Part shown: positions 43,375-56,107 of the stretch, one piece after another
How positions within the stretch are numbered: position 1 is the stretch's first letter
Layout: each line of letters opens with the position of its first letter
Origin: Eledone cirrhosa
Taxonomy: Eukaryota
Length of the DNA stretch: 64,000 nt
NCBI GenBank assembly: GCA_964016885.1
Contig: OZ024742.1
Coordinates: 317,874,001-317,938,000, forward strand
Reading direction: 5' to 3'
The notes under the pieces: model-generated
The model's database searches: none
The model's input: only the letters and a program-made list of their open reading frames with translations
Told to the model about the DNA's origin: nothing
Made by a program: the position numbers and the translations under genes

Positions 43375-43464
43375 CTCTCTCTCTCTCTCACTCACTCTCT
43401 CTCCCTCTCTCTCTCTCATATATGTATGTGTGCGTGTGTGTGTATGTGTGTGTGTGTATGAGTG

Positions 43465-43495
<31 letters not shown>

Positions 43496-44638
43496 ATGAA
43501 TGTGTGTGTGTTTGTATGTGTGTGTGTGTGTGTGAGTGTACTGCATTCGTTTTCATTTCTCTTGTGGTTTTCAAAAGTCACCCCCACTTTTACCTATGCC
43601 ACAGCGGGGTACACTAGTTACATATCTTTATTTTGACCTAGGCGCCAGTAAATATTCTGATTAATATGATTACGAACATTTTGCACGAGATTACTTGATT
43701 CAGATCGAGATATGTGCTGTCAACGAGATCATAAAGCTAGGCCTGGACAGCGCAGGTTTCTCTTCAGAGCTCGAGCTAGCGGAGCTGGCATGACAATCTT
43801 CCCGTTCTGCGGGGTCAGGCCTCTCATTTGGGATGCTACATGTTATAACACCTTCTCTAGTGGAATCTGGTGCGATAGGCTACCAGCACACGCTCTCATG
43901 CCTACCAGGCCGAAGAGGGTAACCTATCAAAGTATCTGCTGCTCTCTCATAGATTTGTGGTGGAGCCTATAGCAATAAAGCCTTCCGATGTTCTTCGTCC
44001 CAGGATCACATCCCTTCTCACTACTATCGAAGCAGAGTTGACTGCCCGCATGTGGAAGTCCCACGGGGTAAAGTGATTGTTCCAGCGCGTCATCCTCACC
44101 GTCCTCCGGGGCAATGTATTCTCCATTTTGTCGGCCAGGTGGAGCGTAAGTTAGTTGGAGGTTGAGGATACTCGTTCGGATGTCACACATATACACACAT
44201 ACTCAACCCCATGCATATATGTTCATTAATTATTAACTGTTTGTCCAGTAGATAGAGAGCGCTAAATGAATTCATTCAATCACGTATGTCAATTTTCTAT
44301 TTGAATAAAAAATAACTCCTCATAACGTTGGCAATAAAAACATAACTATTCATTGAACGCAATATTAATACAAACATAGTTTACCAATAAATATATAATT
44401 CTCAGTAGCTGAACTAAAGAGGGTGATAACTTTGAAACTTATCTACAGAAAATGAAGCAAATTCATAAAATACATAAAATATAGATTAAATTTCTTTTTA
44501 TTTTCCAACGTAATAACTTAAACGTAATAAAAACTCTCACTTCCCGAAGGAATCGTGTCTGTCTTCTGTAAGAGGTGAATAAATAGTTATATATTATTGG
44601 CAACATGGCCATTCGCAAAGCATAACAATACACACGCA

Positions 44639-44683
<45 letters not shown>

Positions 44684-45063
44684 GCGTGTGCGTGTGTGTG
44701 TGTGTTTGTGTGTGTGTTTGTGTGTGTGTGTTACTGCTGTTTTAAGCGACCAACACCAAATGCCCGAGGCATATCAATGAATTGAAACAACAGAAGTAAG
44801 CTTTATTTCTTCTTTATATTTTTCCGTTTTTTTCTGTTCAACTTCTAACTGTCTGATAAGGTCATAACTGTTGCATAACAGTTATCATTGAAATATATAT
44901 AACAGCGACTATGAATATACGAAATGAATTATAACCTGTTCACTTATACTTCATATTTATAAATATACTCCGGAGTAAATAGATCCCCTTGTGCACTTCG
45001 TTGTGGGCTCTACCCTGCATACTAGAGTGTCGGTGATAAACTAACACATACTCTAATTAATAA

Positions 45064-45097
<34 letters not shown>

Positions 45098-45098
<1 letters not shown>

Positions 45099-45566
45099 AA
45101 TGAAGTAATTCCGTCGGAAAAGTCCAGGAAAAAAGAGTGCTCTATGTAGGTAACAGAGCTTAATAGTTATGTAATAAACAACATAAGGCAATTATTCCAT
45201 TTACCAGTGGTTTCTTAAAAGCAAAAGATTTTGCTTTCAATCCTCAGAATGAAATAATCCTGGTCTGTTTATTGAATTTGGATTTTAAAAACAAAAATGC
45301 AATCTATATGAAAGTGAGGCTGGAGAAGGAAGAAGGAAAGGAAAAATAAAATAAAACTACACATGCAAACACACACACAAAAACACAAAAGCATACATAC
45401 ACACACACATATATATATATATATACATATATATATACATACGCACATAAATATCAACACATCCATACATACAAATACATATATACAACCACACACACAT
45501 ATATACACACATACATACCCATAGAAACATAAATATAAATACATATACATACACACATATACATAC

Positions 45567-45597
<31 letters not shown>

Positions 45598-45737
45598 TAT
45601 ATATATATATATATGTGTACAAGCATACACATACACAAACATAGCCATACACACATACATGTATGTGTGTATGGCTATACATGTATGTGTGTATGGCTAT
45701 GTTTGTGTATGTATATGCTTGTACACATATATATATA

Positions 45738-45792
<55 letters not shown>

Positions 45793-46022
45793 GTGTGTAT
45801 ATATATGTATTTATATTTATGTTTCTATGGGTATGTATGTGTGTATATATGTGTGTGTGGTTGTATATATGTATTTGTATGTATGGATGTGTTGATATTT
45901 ATGTGCGTATGTATATATGTGTTTGTGTGTATTTATATACACATATATGTGTGTATATGTGTGCGTGTGTGTATGTATGAGTGTATGTATATATGTATGT
46001 ATATGTATGTATATATATATGC

Positions 46023-46054
<32 letters not shown>

Positions 46055-46279
46055 ATGCTTTTGTGTTTTTGTGTTTGTGTTTGCATGTGTAGTTTTATTT
46101 TATTTTTCCTTTCCTTCTTCCGTCTCCAGCCTCACTTTCATATAGATTGCATTTTTGTTTTTAAAATCCAAATTCAATAAACAGACCAGGATTATTTCAT
46201 TCTGAGGATTGAAAGCAAAATCTTTTGCTTTTAAGAAACCACTGGTAAATGGAATAATTGCCTTATGTTGTTTATTACA

Positions 46280-46286
<7 letters not shown>
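45098..46286. mobile_element. ~1.2-kb inverted-arm element with 65-bp tail
   Basis: 45163-45660 inverted at ~45680-46286; CTGAGGA-TT-GAAA-GCAAAA TC TTTTGC-TT at 46202-46230. Confidence 0.75.
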
Positions 46287-46310
<24 letters not shown>

Positions 46311-48003
46311 TTCGTTTCTGAATTTGTTTAGCAAGATTCTTTATCTGAAATCGTGTGTTGAAACCGATATTGTTATACTTTGGGAGGGTCATGTTGCCAA
46401 TAAGAAACACACGCACCAGTTGCTTTCACTTCAATTTATTATATATTTATAAATTTATAAATTTACAAATTTACAAACTTATAAATTTCTGGTTGGTTGG
46501 TTGGTTCCACAACCAGATAGTTGTTTATATATAGTCATAGTCCTTTCGTCACACACTCTGTGACCTCTTCAGTGACTGGGGATTCCTTTCTTTGTTTCTG
46601 TGCCTTTCCTTTCTTCTATCCTACGCCATTTTGTTTCTGTGTGTGTGTTGTGTGCTCAGTTTGCGCATGCGCCACATCCGGGTGTCTGTGTGTGTTTGTG
46701 TTCATTTATCTATTTGTTTATTTATTTATTTATTTATTGTTGGTTGGTTGTTTGTTCTATGTGTGTGTGTGTTTTCATTTTGTCCTGTGTGTTTTCATTT
46801 TGTCCTTAATTGTAAGTTGTTTGTTCTATGTGTGTGTTTTCATTTTGTCCTGTGTGTGTTTTTATTTTGTCCTTAATTGTAAGTTGTGATGTTGCTGTTC
46901 CACTCATATTTTCTATTTAATTTTGGTTGTAATTCTTTTATGCTTACTGCCTCTGTAATTTGCCTAAACATTGCATCTTTTCTGTGTGTGGATTCTATTT
47001 TTATTTCTATGTTCTCTAATCTACCCCTGTGTTCTATCTTAGCATGTTGGTAGAGCACAGATGATTCTTTATTATCTTGGAGGTCTCGCCAGTGTTCATT
47101 TATTCGTTGCCCTATACTACGAGCTGTCTCACCTATGTACACTATATTTTTGTTTCTACATTGTCCTTCAGTACATCTTATGCTATACACTACATTTCTA
47201 GTTTTACAGTTAATATGGGGGCTTATTTTACAGGTTATACATTTCTTATCTATACATGAGGGTCTTTGGAACGGGTATGTCTTGCTAATAAGTGTTTTTA
47301 CGGAGATACCTGGTCTTTCTACTATCTTAATATTGAGTTTATGTTTATTTAGGGCCCTTCTAAATTTGTAGGCTAGATCGCCTCTAGGGGTTGTATTGAT
47401 GAACATTACACTCTGGTATTTATTGCTATCATACCATGAGTTCATTCTATTGGCCTTGTTCCTAGTTCTTTCTATTCTATTCCAAAATTTGCTCCTATAC
47501 AAGGGGCAGGTCCCATTTATGTCATTATTTACCATTTTTTCCCATTTGGTTCTGGCTCCTTTATACACTCTGATTCTATCTCTCTGATTGTAGCCAGAGA
47601 ACTGCATACGGTGGATGAAGTGTTGTATATGTCTCTCTAGTTCTTCGGGGTTGCACATGCGGGATAAATTTCTCATCACCCGTACCAAATCCGCAATCAG
47701 TATGTTGATTTTGGTATGGTCCGAAATGGCCGAGTTTCGGTGGATCAGATGTTTGGAGGTCATGGGTTTGGCATAATGGGAATGGAGGATTTGTTTTTGG
47801 TTGTTAATGGTATCTAACCAGAGCTCTGTGTCTAGTACAGGTAATCGATGGTTGGGGTGTCTACTTGGGTAGTCTATAGTAACTCTAATGCTCTGGTGGA
47901 TGGAGTTTGCTATTTGCTGGATGCTTTCCATTGTGTTTTTCTCTAGTTCCTGACTGTTCTTTAGTGGGGGTGTCTTAACTACGATGTTTATATCATCTAC
48001 GTA
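46311..48003 (-). mobile_element. Family B PLE with RT C-half, GIY-YIG and 3' HHR, between (TA)n tracts
   Basis: Open frame 46873-48003: [50 protein letters not shown]. Confidence 0.9.
46533..46577 (-). ncRNA. Type I HHR in family B 3' end
   Basis: AGTCA-CTGAAGA-G GTCACA GAGTG TGTGAC-GAAA-GGAC-TA-TGACT. Confidence 0.85.
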
Positions 48004-48047
48004 TGTATATATATATATGTATATATATATATGTATATATATATATG

Positions 48048-48128
<81 letters not shown>

Positions 48129-48529
48129 GTACATATGTATATTTATTAAAATAACAGATTAAAGTTTAAGCAAAGAATCGCTGCTTTCATCCTTAACGGG
48201 ATCTTCTGAAACTAACAAAGTCAATCTGTAAACGCAGACGTGGATATTTCAAAAAACGTTGCAACCGGAGGAAGACAGGAAGACGATACTTTGGTTCGTG
48301 GAAATGTTCCCTGGCAAAGAACGGGAAAAAACGAATATAATACGTCATTAATTGTAGCGGTGAAAAACAATTACACGCAAAGACAGAACCACGTTTATGG
48401 TATAAAAGAAGTCGTAGACTAATGTTCTCTTAGGTGGTTCATAGAGACGTTCTCTCGTCATATGTGGAGCGTGGAGAACAATTGCACGCAAAAACAAAAC
48501 CACGTAAATGGTATAACTGATGTCGTAGA

Positions 48530-48992
48530 CTAATTCTCGTACTCTGTATATGCTACCTTATCGACAAATCCACTCTGAACAAGAGCTTCATTGTAATATG
48601 TGGAATGGTCGTTGAAAATATGCTCGTTAGTAGATAGACGGAAAAGCCTCAACGAAACGTTTCTTACCAGGTTCTTGGTTATGCTGGCAGGATGGTTGGA
48701 ATGCTTACTTATGTAATTAAGCGTATCATTCGGCTGTCTATACGGGTAATACAAGCCATTCGATAAATTGAGGATAACGTCGAGGTAATTAACGACCGAG
48801 AGGTTGACCTCAACCTGTATAGAGAGGTTGAAGCCTTTAAAGAAGGCTGTGAGTTCTTTTCTGAACCTGTCGCAAGCACGAGGGCCGCACTTAGTCATGG
48901 TCAAAAGACCATCATCACGGTACAAACCACCGCCCGCGTTGGGGAATTCGTCCTTGATAGAGAAGAGAAGGAAAAGGCCGATAAGATCAGTA
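48530..48992 (-). pseudogene. Third Hydra-like PLE RT fragment
   Basis: TDLIGLF..GGGLYRDDGLL..NYLDV..YPYRQPN..SNHP..YYNEAL..SGF. Confidence 0.85.
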
Positions 48993-49885
48993 CTGGAGTC
49001 TTATTTTTTTTTTTTAAATATATATATTTATTTGGTTCCTTTACCGGTTTCGCAGTTCTTCTGCTTTTCAAAAGTAGAGTTGAGATGGAGGGTCTGTGGT
49101 TTTGAAAACAGGGAGAAAGAGACTATTATGAGGAAGAAAAGTTTTTTTTTTCCTTTTTTTTTGTGTCTCTCTCTCTCTCTTTTCTGGGTTAGAAAATGAT
49201 TAAAACGAAATGTTTTACTTTGTGTGAAGTGTTAAGGTATTAGTTGATTTATTTATTATTTAACAATGGCATTTATTTATCTATTTATATATTTAATTAT
49301 TGTCTATTACCGGTTTCTGCATTTATATGCATTATCAAATGATAGAGAAATGTATTAGTGTGGTGTCGCACATGTTAAACAAGGTGCAGAAAGAATAATG
49401 TTATATACAAACAAGGTTTAAGAAGTGAAAAGAAAAAAGAAAAGGAAAAAAAAACGTGCATAATGTGGAACGTAAAAAGTCAATGTGGAAGAAAAGTTAA
49501 TGTTATTTACAAGCACAATTTTGAGTTCAAATCCCGCCGGGGTTAACTTTGCCTTTCATCCTTACGGGGTCGATAAAATAAAGTACCAGTAATGCACTGG
49601 GTAATTGCTGGCCTTGTGCCAAACGTAGAAACAGTTATTTACAAGCACAGTCATTGAAGTTAAGCAGTTCAAAATGTGTTAATATCGCAAGAGTGTTTAG
49701 TTGAACCATGGTTCCGTGAAGGGGGAAAATGGTGGACTGTGGTTTGATATGATTTCTCTTTTTAGAGAGTTAATATGCAGGAGGAAGCAATTCTTGCTGG
49801 GTGATATTTAATTTATTTAAGAAAAAGGATTAAGTAGGGTGTGAGGGAGGTAACTCTTGTAAATGTTTGATGGTTTGTTGCAGTT

Positions 49886-50068
49886 TTAGAAAGATCCGAA
49901 TTTTAGGGCATTGAGTACTGATTGAAATTTATTAATGAAATGTGTTTCCTTATTGGTGCGTTGGATGAAAGTAGCGTTGTCTATGAATTTGTAAATGGGG
50001 AAAATTGTAAAGTTTGGAAGTTGGTTGAGAGCACAGTTGGCGATATGTTCACTAAATGCAATCTTTCT
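49886..50068 (-). pseudogene. GIY-YIG C-terminal fragment of another PLE type
   Basis: SEHIANC..FTIFPI..R..KETHFINKFQSVLN; cut at (TA)n. Confidence 0.55.
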
Positions 50069-50163
50069 GTATATATATATACACATGTATATATATATAT
50101 ATATATATACATGTATATACATACATATATATATATATATATACATATATATACAAATATATA

Positions 50164-51004
50164 TAACAAAGAAATTGTGGTAAGGAACCAGATGGACCAT
50201 AACACACCAGAGTACTCAATACTTAGGGTAGTAGAGTGGGGAATAGGAAAAAGTATGACCCCGACGGCAGAGCTCAAGCCGTTTCGACGGCTATTTCTGG
50301 ACTAAATTAGAATGTTTAGCCTGGTGAATAAATAGCCGAACTTTTCAAGGCTAGTGTATGAAGTGGAGGAGGGAGGTTATAGAATAGGTAAATCGAATGA
50401 GAGTAGGAGACAATAAAAGATAATAGAAAGAAATAAAAAAAATATATAAACTTAGATAGTGAGAAATGAATAAAAAAACTCACAATGCTATCTTACAATT
50501 ACAGGTTAATAAGTTGAGAATAGAAATAACTTGTAGAAATTGAGTAGTGATACAGAAGTGATACAGAATTAAAGGGGTTTAACACGCCTGCTATAAGTAG
50601 TTCTATCTAATTTTATATTTTTTTTTATTTATTTCTATTATCTTTTATTGTCTCCTACTCTCTTTCGATTTACCTATTCTATAACCTCCCTCCTCCACTT
50701 CATACACTAGCCTTAGATTCTGCTGTATACATATCACTTTCAACGCTTGACCGCTCCACTCACTCCCCTATTGTTCTACAGGCAAGTTCAGCCACCCCTA
50801 CCTCCCACCAAATGCCATGATAGACTTATTTGTGTTTACAACAAATTTTAACCAATCCTCTTGACAACTACAATCTTTCCATATAAGGAATTACCCCCTT
50901 GAAAAGTTCGGCTATTTATTCACCAGGCTAAAAATTCTAATTTAGTCCAGAAATAGCCGTCGAAATGGCTTGAGCTCTGTCGTCGGGGTCATACTTTTTC
51001 CTAT
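50164..51004. mobile_element. Family A inverted terminal-repeat-only element
   Basis: 50243-50350 inverted at 50897-51004; 50348-50459 inverted at ~50604-50714; ~80-bp tail on left; (TA)n both sides. Confidence 0.85.
50893..50989 (+). ncRNA. HHR with U3-A8 core (truncated inverted copy 50258-50350)
   Basis: ACCCC-C-TTGAAAA-G..CGGCTAT..ATAGCCG.C-GAAA-TGGC TTGAGCTCT GTCG-TC-GGGGT. Confidence 0.7.
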
Positions 51005-51086
<82 letters not shown>

Positions 51087-51116
51087 TATATACATATGTA
51101 TATACATATATAGATA

Positions 51117-51705
51117 AATTTCTTTATTAGCCACAAGGGCACAAAAGAAGGGGATAAATACAAATGGAGTTTACATACAGGTATATGAAAATAAAACTAT
51201 TAATAAAATAACAAATAACAATTGAAATCCCCAATAGTAGGGAGGCGTTACACAGGGGTTGTACACACCCCGAAAAAATGTACAACCCTCATCTCCAGGA
51301 GCACCAAGAGTGAGTACACCCTTCCTCTCTTCCTCTTTTTCCTCAACCTACAGGCTTATATAGAGAGAAAGCCCACCCACTCGGGCCATCTTTACCACAT
51401 TCACCCACCTTTTATAAAAGTTGCTGGGGTACAGCACCTCTCTCTCCATCCTGATTCTTCTTCCAAAATGATATTTGAAAAAACGAATCAGTTGCTCGCC
51501 GGAGAGAAAGGTGTCTGACCTCAGCCCTTTTAACCTCGTCCACCATATTACCTCTTTCACCATAACCATAACACATAGGAAAACCGCCTCTCCCTCTCGT
51601 TTTTGAAGGAGGGTGGCGGTTTGATCATGACAATGGACTCGGTGGTCAACTGGATTGGTCCCATCCGCGACAATAGTCGTTCTACATAGCCCCACATGTC
51701 AGTAA
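51117..51705 (-). mobile_element. Short 3' fragment of the Tx1-like LINE
   Basis: Colinear with 27465-28055. Confidence 0.85.
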
Positions 51706-51751
51706 GTGTACAAATGCCACAAAGTGACCCGTTGCAAAACACGTATATGTA

Positions 51752-51787
<36 letters not shown>

Positions 51788-51789
<2 letters not shown>

Positions 51790-53759
51790 AATATAGACAT
51801 AGAATATTCGAAAATATTCTGTATGTTTATAATAAACATTTTGAAGACCTAATCGCTATAGAATAGAATACGTCACGTATTACAATTAGATTCTCGATAA
51901 AAGCAAGGGAAGTAAGTCTACGCGTTTCATTCTTGTTAGAATTCATCAGGACTACATATCCAGTGCTTTTATCGAGAATGACACAGCTAGAGACTTATAG
52001 AATACTTAGCTGTGTACAGGAACTGGTTTGAAAGAGCGGTTGCCGGTCCGGCAGAAATTAGAAATTGGAATAAATGCTCTGAAATAGCGATATATATGTG
52101 AATATAGACATAGAATATTCGAAAATATTCTGTATGTTTATAATAAACATTTTGAAGACCTAATCGCTATAGAATAGAATACGTCACGTATTACAATTAG
52201 ATTCTCGATAAAAGCAAGGGAAGTAAGTCTACGCGTTTCATTCTTGTTAGAATTCATCAGGACTACATATCCAGTGCTTTTATCGAGAATGACACAGCTA
52301 GAGACTTATAGAATACTTAGCTGTGTACAGGAACTGGTTTGAAAGAGCGGTTGCCGGTCCGGCAGAAATTAGAAATTGGAATAAATGCTCTGAAATAGCG
52401 ATATATATGTGAATATAGACATAGAATATTCGAAAATATTCTGTATGTTTATAATAAACATTTTGAAGACCTAATCGCTATAGAATAGAATACGTCACGT
52501 ATTACAATTAGATTCTCGATAAAAGCAAGGGAAGTAAGTCTACGCGTTTCATTCTTGTTAGAATTCATCAGGACTACATATCCAGTGCTTTTATCGAGAA
52601 TGACACAGCTAGAGACTTATAGAATACTTAGCTGTGTACAGGAACTGGTTTGAAAGAGCGGTTGCCGGTCCGGCAGAAATTAGAAATTGGAATAAATGCT
52701 CTGAAATAGCGATATATATGTGAATATAGACATAGAATATTCGAAAATATTCTGTATGTTTATAATAAACATTTTGAAGACCTAATCGCTATAGAATAGA
52801 ATACGTCACGTATTACAATTAGATTCTCGATAAAAGCAAGGGAAGTAAGTCTACGCGTTTCATTCTTGTTAGAATTCATCAGGACTACATATCCAGTGCT
52901 TTTATCGAGAATGACACAGCTAGAGACTTATAGAATACTTAGCTGTGTACAGGAACTGGTTTGAAAGAGCGGTTGCCGGTCCGGCAGAAATTAGAAATTG
53001 GAATAAATGCTCTGAAATAGCGATATATATGTGAATATAGACATAGAATATTCGAAAATATTCTGTATGTTTATAATAAACATTTTGAAGACCTAATCGC
53101 TATAGAATAGAATACGTCACGTATTACAATTAGATTCTCGATAAAAGCAAGGGAAGTAAGTCTACGCGTTTCATTCTTGTTAGAATTCATCAGGACTACA
53201 TATCCAGTGCTTTTATCGAGAATGACACAGCTAGAGACTTATAGAATACTTAGCTGTGTACAGGAACTGGTTTGAAAGAGCGGTTGCCGGTCCGGCAGAA
53301 ATTAGAAATTGGAATAAATGCTCTGAAATAGCGATATATATGTGAATATAGACATAGAATATTCGAAAATATTCTGTATGTTTATAATAAACATTTTGAA
53401 GACCTAATCGCTATAGAATAGAATACGTCACGTATTACAATTAGATTCTCGATAAAAGCAAGGGAAGTAAGTCTACGCGTTTCATTCTTGTTAGAATTCA
53501 TCAGGACTACATATCCAGTGCTTTTATCGAGAATGACACAGCTAGAGACTTATAGAATACTTAGCTGTGTACAGGAACTGGTTTGAAAGAGCGGTTGCCG
53601 GTCCGGCAGAAATTAGAAATTGGAATAAATGCTCTGAAATAGCGATATATATGTGAATATAGACATAGAATATTCGAAAATATTCTGTATGTTTATAATA
53701 AACATTTTGAAGACCTAATCGCTATAGAATAGAATACGTCACGTATTACAATTAGATTC

Positions 53760-53764
<5 letters not shown>
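51788..53764 (-). mobile_element. Retrozyme-like array 2: ~6.35 units of 311 bp
   Basis: Same unit as array 1 with one inserted G and one A>T; (TA)n both sides. Confidence 0.9.
51912..51955 (-). ncRNA. Type I HHR (also 52223, 52534, 52845, 53156, 53467)
   Basis: GTAGTC-CTGATGA-ATTCT AACA AGAAT-GAAA-CGCG-TA-GACTTAC. Confidence 0.9.
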
Positions 53765-53824
<60 letters not shown>

Positions 53825-54024
53825 CTTTATATGTAATAATCTCCCATTAGGTTCAGATACAAATTTGGCTGTATTGTGCTGTCCTTTCTAGCAAAAAGCC
53901 ACCAGCCGTAAGCAACTACCACACTCCTTCCAACTTGACCGCTGCTACGTCATGATTCTTAGCCATTTTTTAATGTATTCTTGGCGCGATCACTTTGGAA
54001 AATTTATTGTCTAGATTAGAGCAA

Positions 54025-54100
54025 ACTCCTGAAGAGTCCGATGCTCGAATTTCCGAAGATATTGGAAATCTCAAAATGCGGACGAAACCATGATAGAGGT
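54025..54100 (+). ncRNA. HHR candidate with extended helix II
   Basis: CTC-CTGAAGA-GTCCG..ATTTCCGA AGATA TTGGAAAT..CGGAC-GAAA-CCATGA-TA-GAG; helix III has one mismatch. Confidence 0.65.
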
Positions 54101-54472
54101 AAATAAATGTATTCCCTTTTCTCCTAGTTTATTTTACACCTAATTCTGTTTAATTGACTGTATCTGGGCGATTACGCTGTTGAAATATTCGATATATATT
54201 CCGTCGCAGCCGACGCGAAGGGCTAGTTTCGGTTATTTGTTGGAGATTTCTTCATAGAAGCCTTATTCTTATAGCCTGATCTATTCGATTTTTTATATAG
54301 TTGATTATGATAATTGGGAGAGGAAATGGTATATATTTTACCTGGTGATTCTATAGACATGTTTTATGATATATAGCTCGGATTATTTAATTTATTAACT
54401 TTTCATTGAGCCACAAAGTGACCCGTTGCAAAACACGTATATGTATATATGTATATATATATATATGTAAAC

Positions 54473-54542
<70 letters not shown>

Positions 54543-54548
<6 letters not shown>

Positions 54549-55352
54549 CAATATGTTGAAAAGGTAACACACCAGAGAGAGATATACAGTGCGCTATCAA
54601 TAAAACAGGGAAAAAAAACCACCAGTGTATGGAATCTATAACTTATGAAAGGCAGACTATAGACACGATAATTAAAAATATAAATTAAAGCGTAAATAAA
54701 TACCTCTATAACTACATAACACACGTACAAATCCAAAGATACTAATCCAAACATATGTTTCACCAGTAATTTGTTGAAAGAAATGGGTTAGCCTCGGTTC
54801 ATTAGCGTGTGTAAGGCTATACATTTCAGACAACGCTAAGAGAATTTTAAAAGTGACTGTCCAGCTACACGTGGGAGAGAGAAGTCACAGCGTGTTTAAG
54901 GGCAGTGAGCCAGTGGCCTCTGATGGACGAACTGCTAGAAAGGGCAGCCCAAAGCCACTCAGAGAAGTGTGCTCAACCAAACAGAGATAGGAAAGACTGT
55001 TATTACACGCTGATGAACCGAGGCTAACCCATTTCTTTCAACAAATTACTGGTGAAACATATCTTTGGATTAGTATCTTTGGATTTGTACGTGTGTTATA
55101 TAGTTATAGAGGTATTTATTTACGCTTTAATTTATATTTTTAATTATCGTGTCTATAGTCTGCCTTTCATAGGTTATAGATTCCATACACTGGTGGGTTT
55201 TTTTCCCTGTTTTATTGATAACGCACTGTATATCTCTCTTTGCTGTGTTACCTTTTCAACATATTGTATTTTAAAGAACTCAGGATTTCTTCTCCTTTGA
55301 GCACATTATTTACAGGGAATAGCGAGGGCCTATGCCTCCGTTAATTTATCGT

Positions 55353-55354
<2 letters not shown>
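54543..55354. mobile_element. Inverted-arm element with 82-bp tail and degenerate HHR-like core
   Basis: 54543-54811 inverted at 55005-55272; CTGATGA-ACCG..TGGT-GAAA-CATAT at 55010-55066; helix I weak. Confidence 0.75.
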
Positions 55355-55447
<93 letters not shown>

Positions 55448-55450
55448 ACT

Positions 55451-55498
<48 letters not shown>

Positions 55499-55925
55499 CG
55501 TAGATAGATAGACAGATAGAGCTTTCAAGCTACCAAAATGCTGCAGTAGGTGTCAATGCTAACAAAGTATTTTATGTGAACAAAAATAAAACCTTGTGTA
55601 ATACTTAAGTGTTAAGTGACAGAGGCAGAACCCATTACCATAAATATATAGACTAACTGCGGTGTATGTTGTTAACATAATACTTATTGACATCTTCACA
55701 TGAAAAAAATCTTACTGCATTGCATTAAGTAATGAAGAGAACTCAATGTTATCTTGGTACTGTGTCAACAGTAGGTATTTACAATTAGATCAGATGTCAT
55801 CAAGTCAGTTTTCTTGATGACGTCAATATGCTTGATTATATCAAAGAAATTACTAGGTCGATTGAAATTCTTGTTATACAATATCATTAACAAAGAAGCA
55901 AAATGACGAATGTATGTAATATGTA

Positions 55926-56107
55926 AAGAAGAAGAAGAAGAAGAAGAAGAAGAAGAAGAAGAAGAAGAAGAAGAAGAAGAAGAAGAAGAAGAAGAAGAAG
56001 AAGAAGAAGAAGAAGAAGAAGAAGAAGAAGAAGAAGAAGAAGAAGAAGAAGAAGAAGAAGAAGAAGAAGAAGAAGAAGAAGAAGAAGAAGAAGAAGAAGA
56101 AGAAGAA
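55926..56107. repeat. (GAA)n tract of ~60 units
   Basis: Direct reading; poly-E/poly-S ORFs are artefacts. Confidence 0.97.

Larger units (their letters stand above)
51716..54476 (+). mobile_element. 648-bp-unit HHR element with terminal direct repeat, split by array 2
   Basis: GCCACAAAGTGACCCGTTGCAAAACACG at 51716 and 54410; GTAAACCTTT at 53819 and 54467; HHR at 54025-54100. Confidence 0.75.

Noticed and set aside
43740-43772. Minus-strand CTGAAGA-GAAAC
   Set aside because: No helix I or II
48175-48212. Minus-strand CAGAAGA-TCC..GGAT-GAAA downstream of a PLE fragment
   Set aside because: Core mutated and helices I and III not pairable
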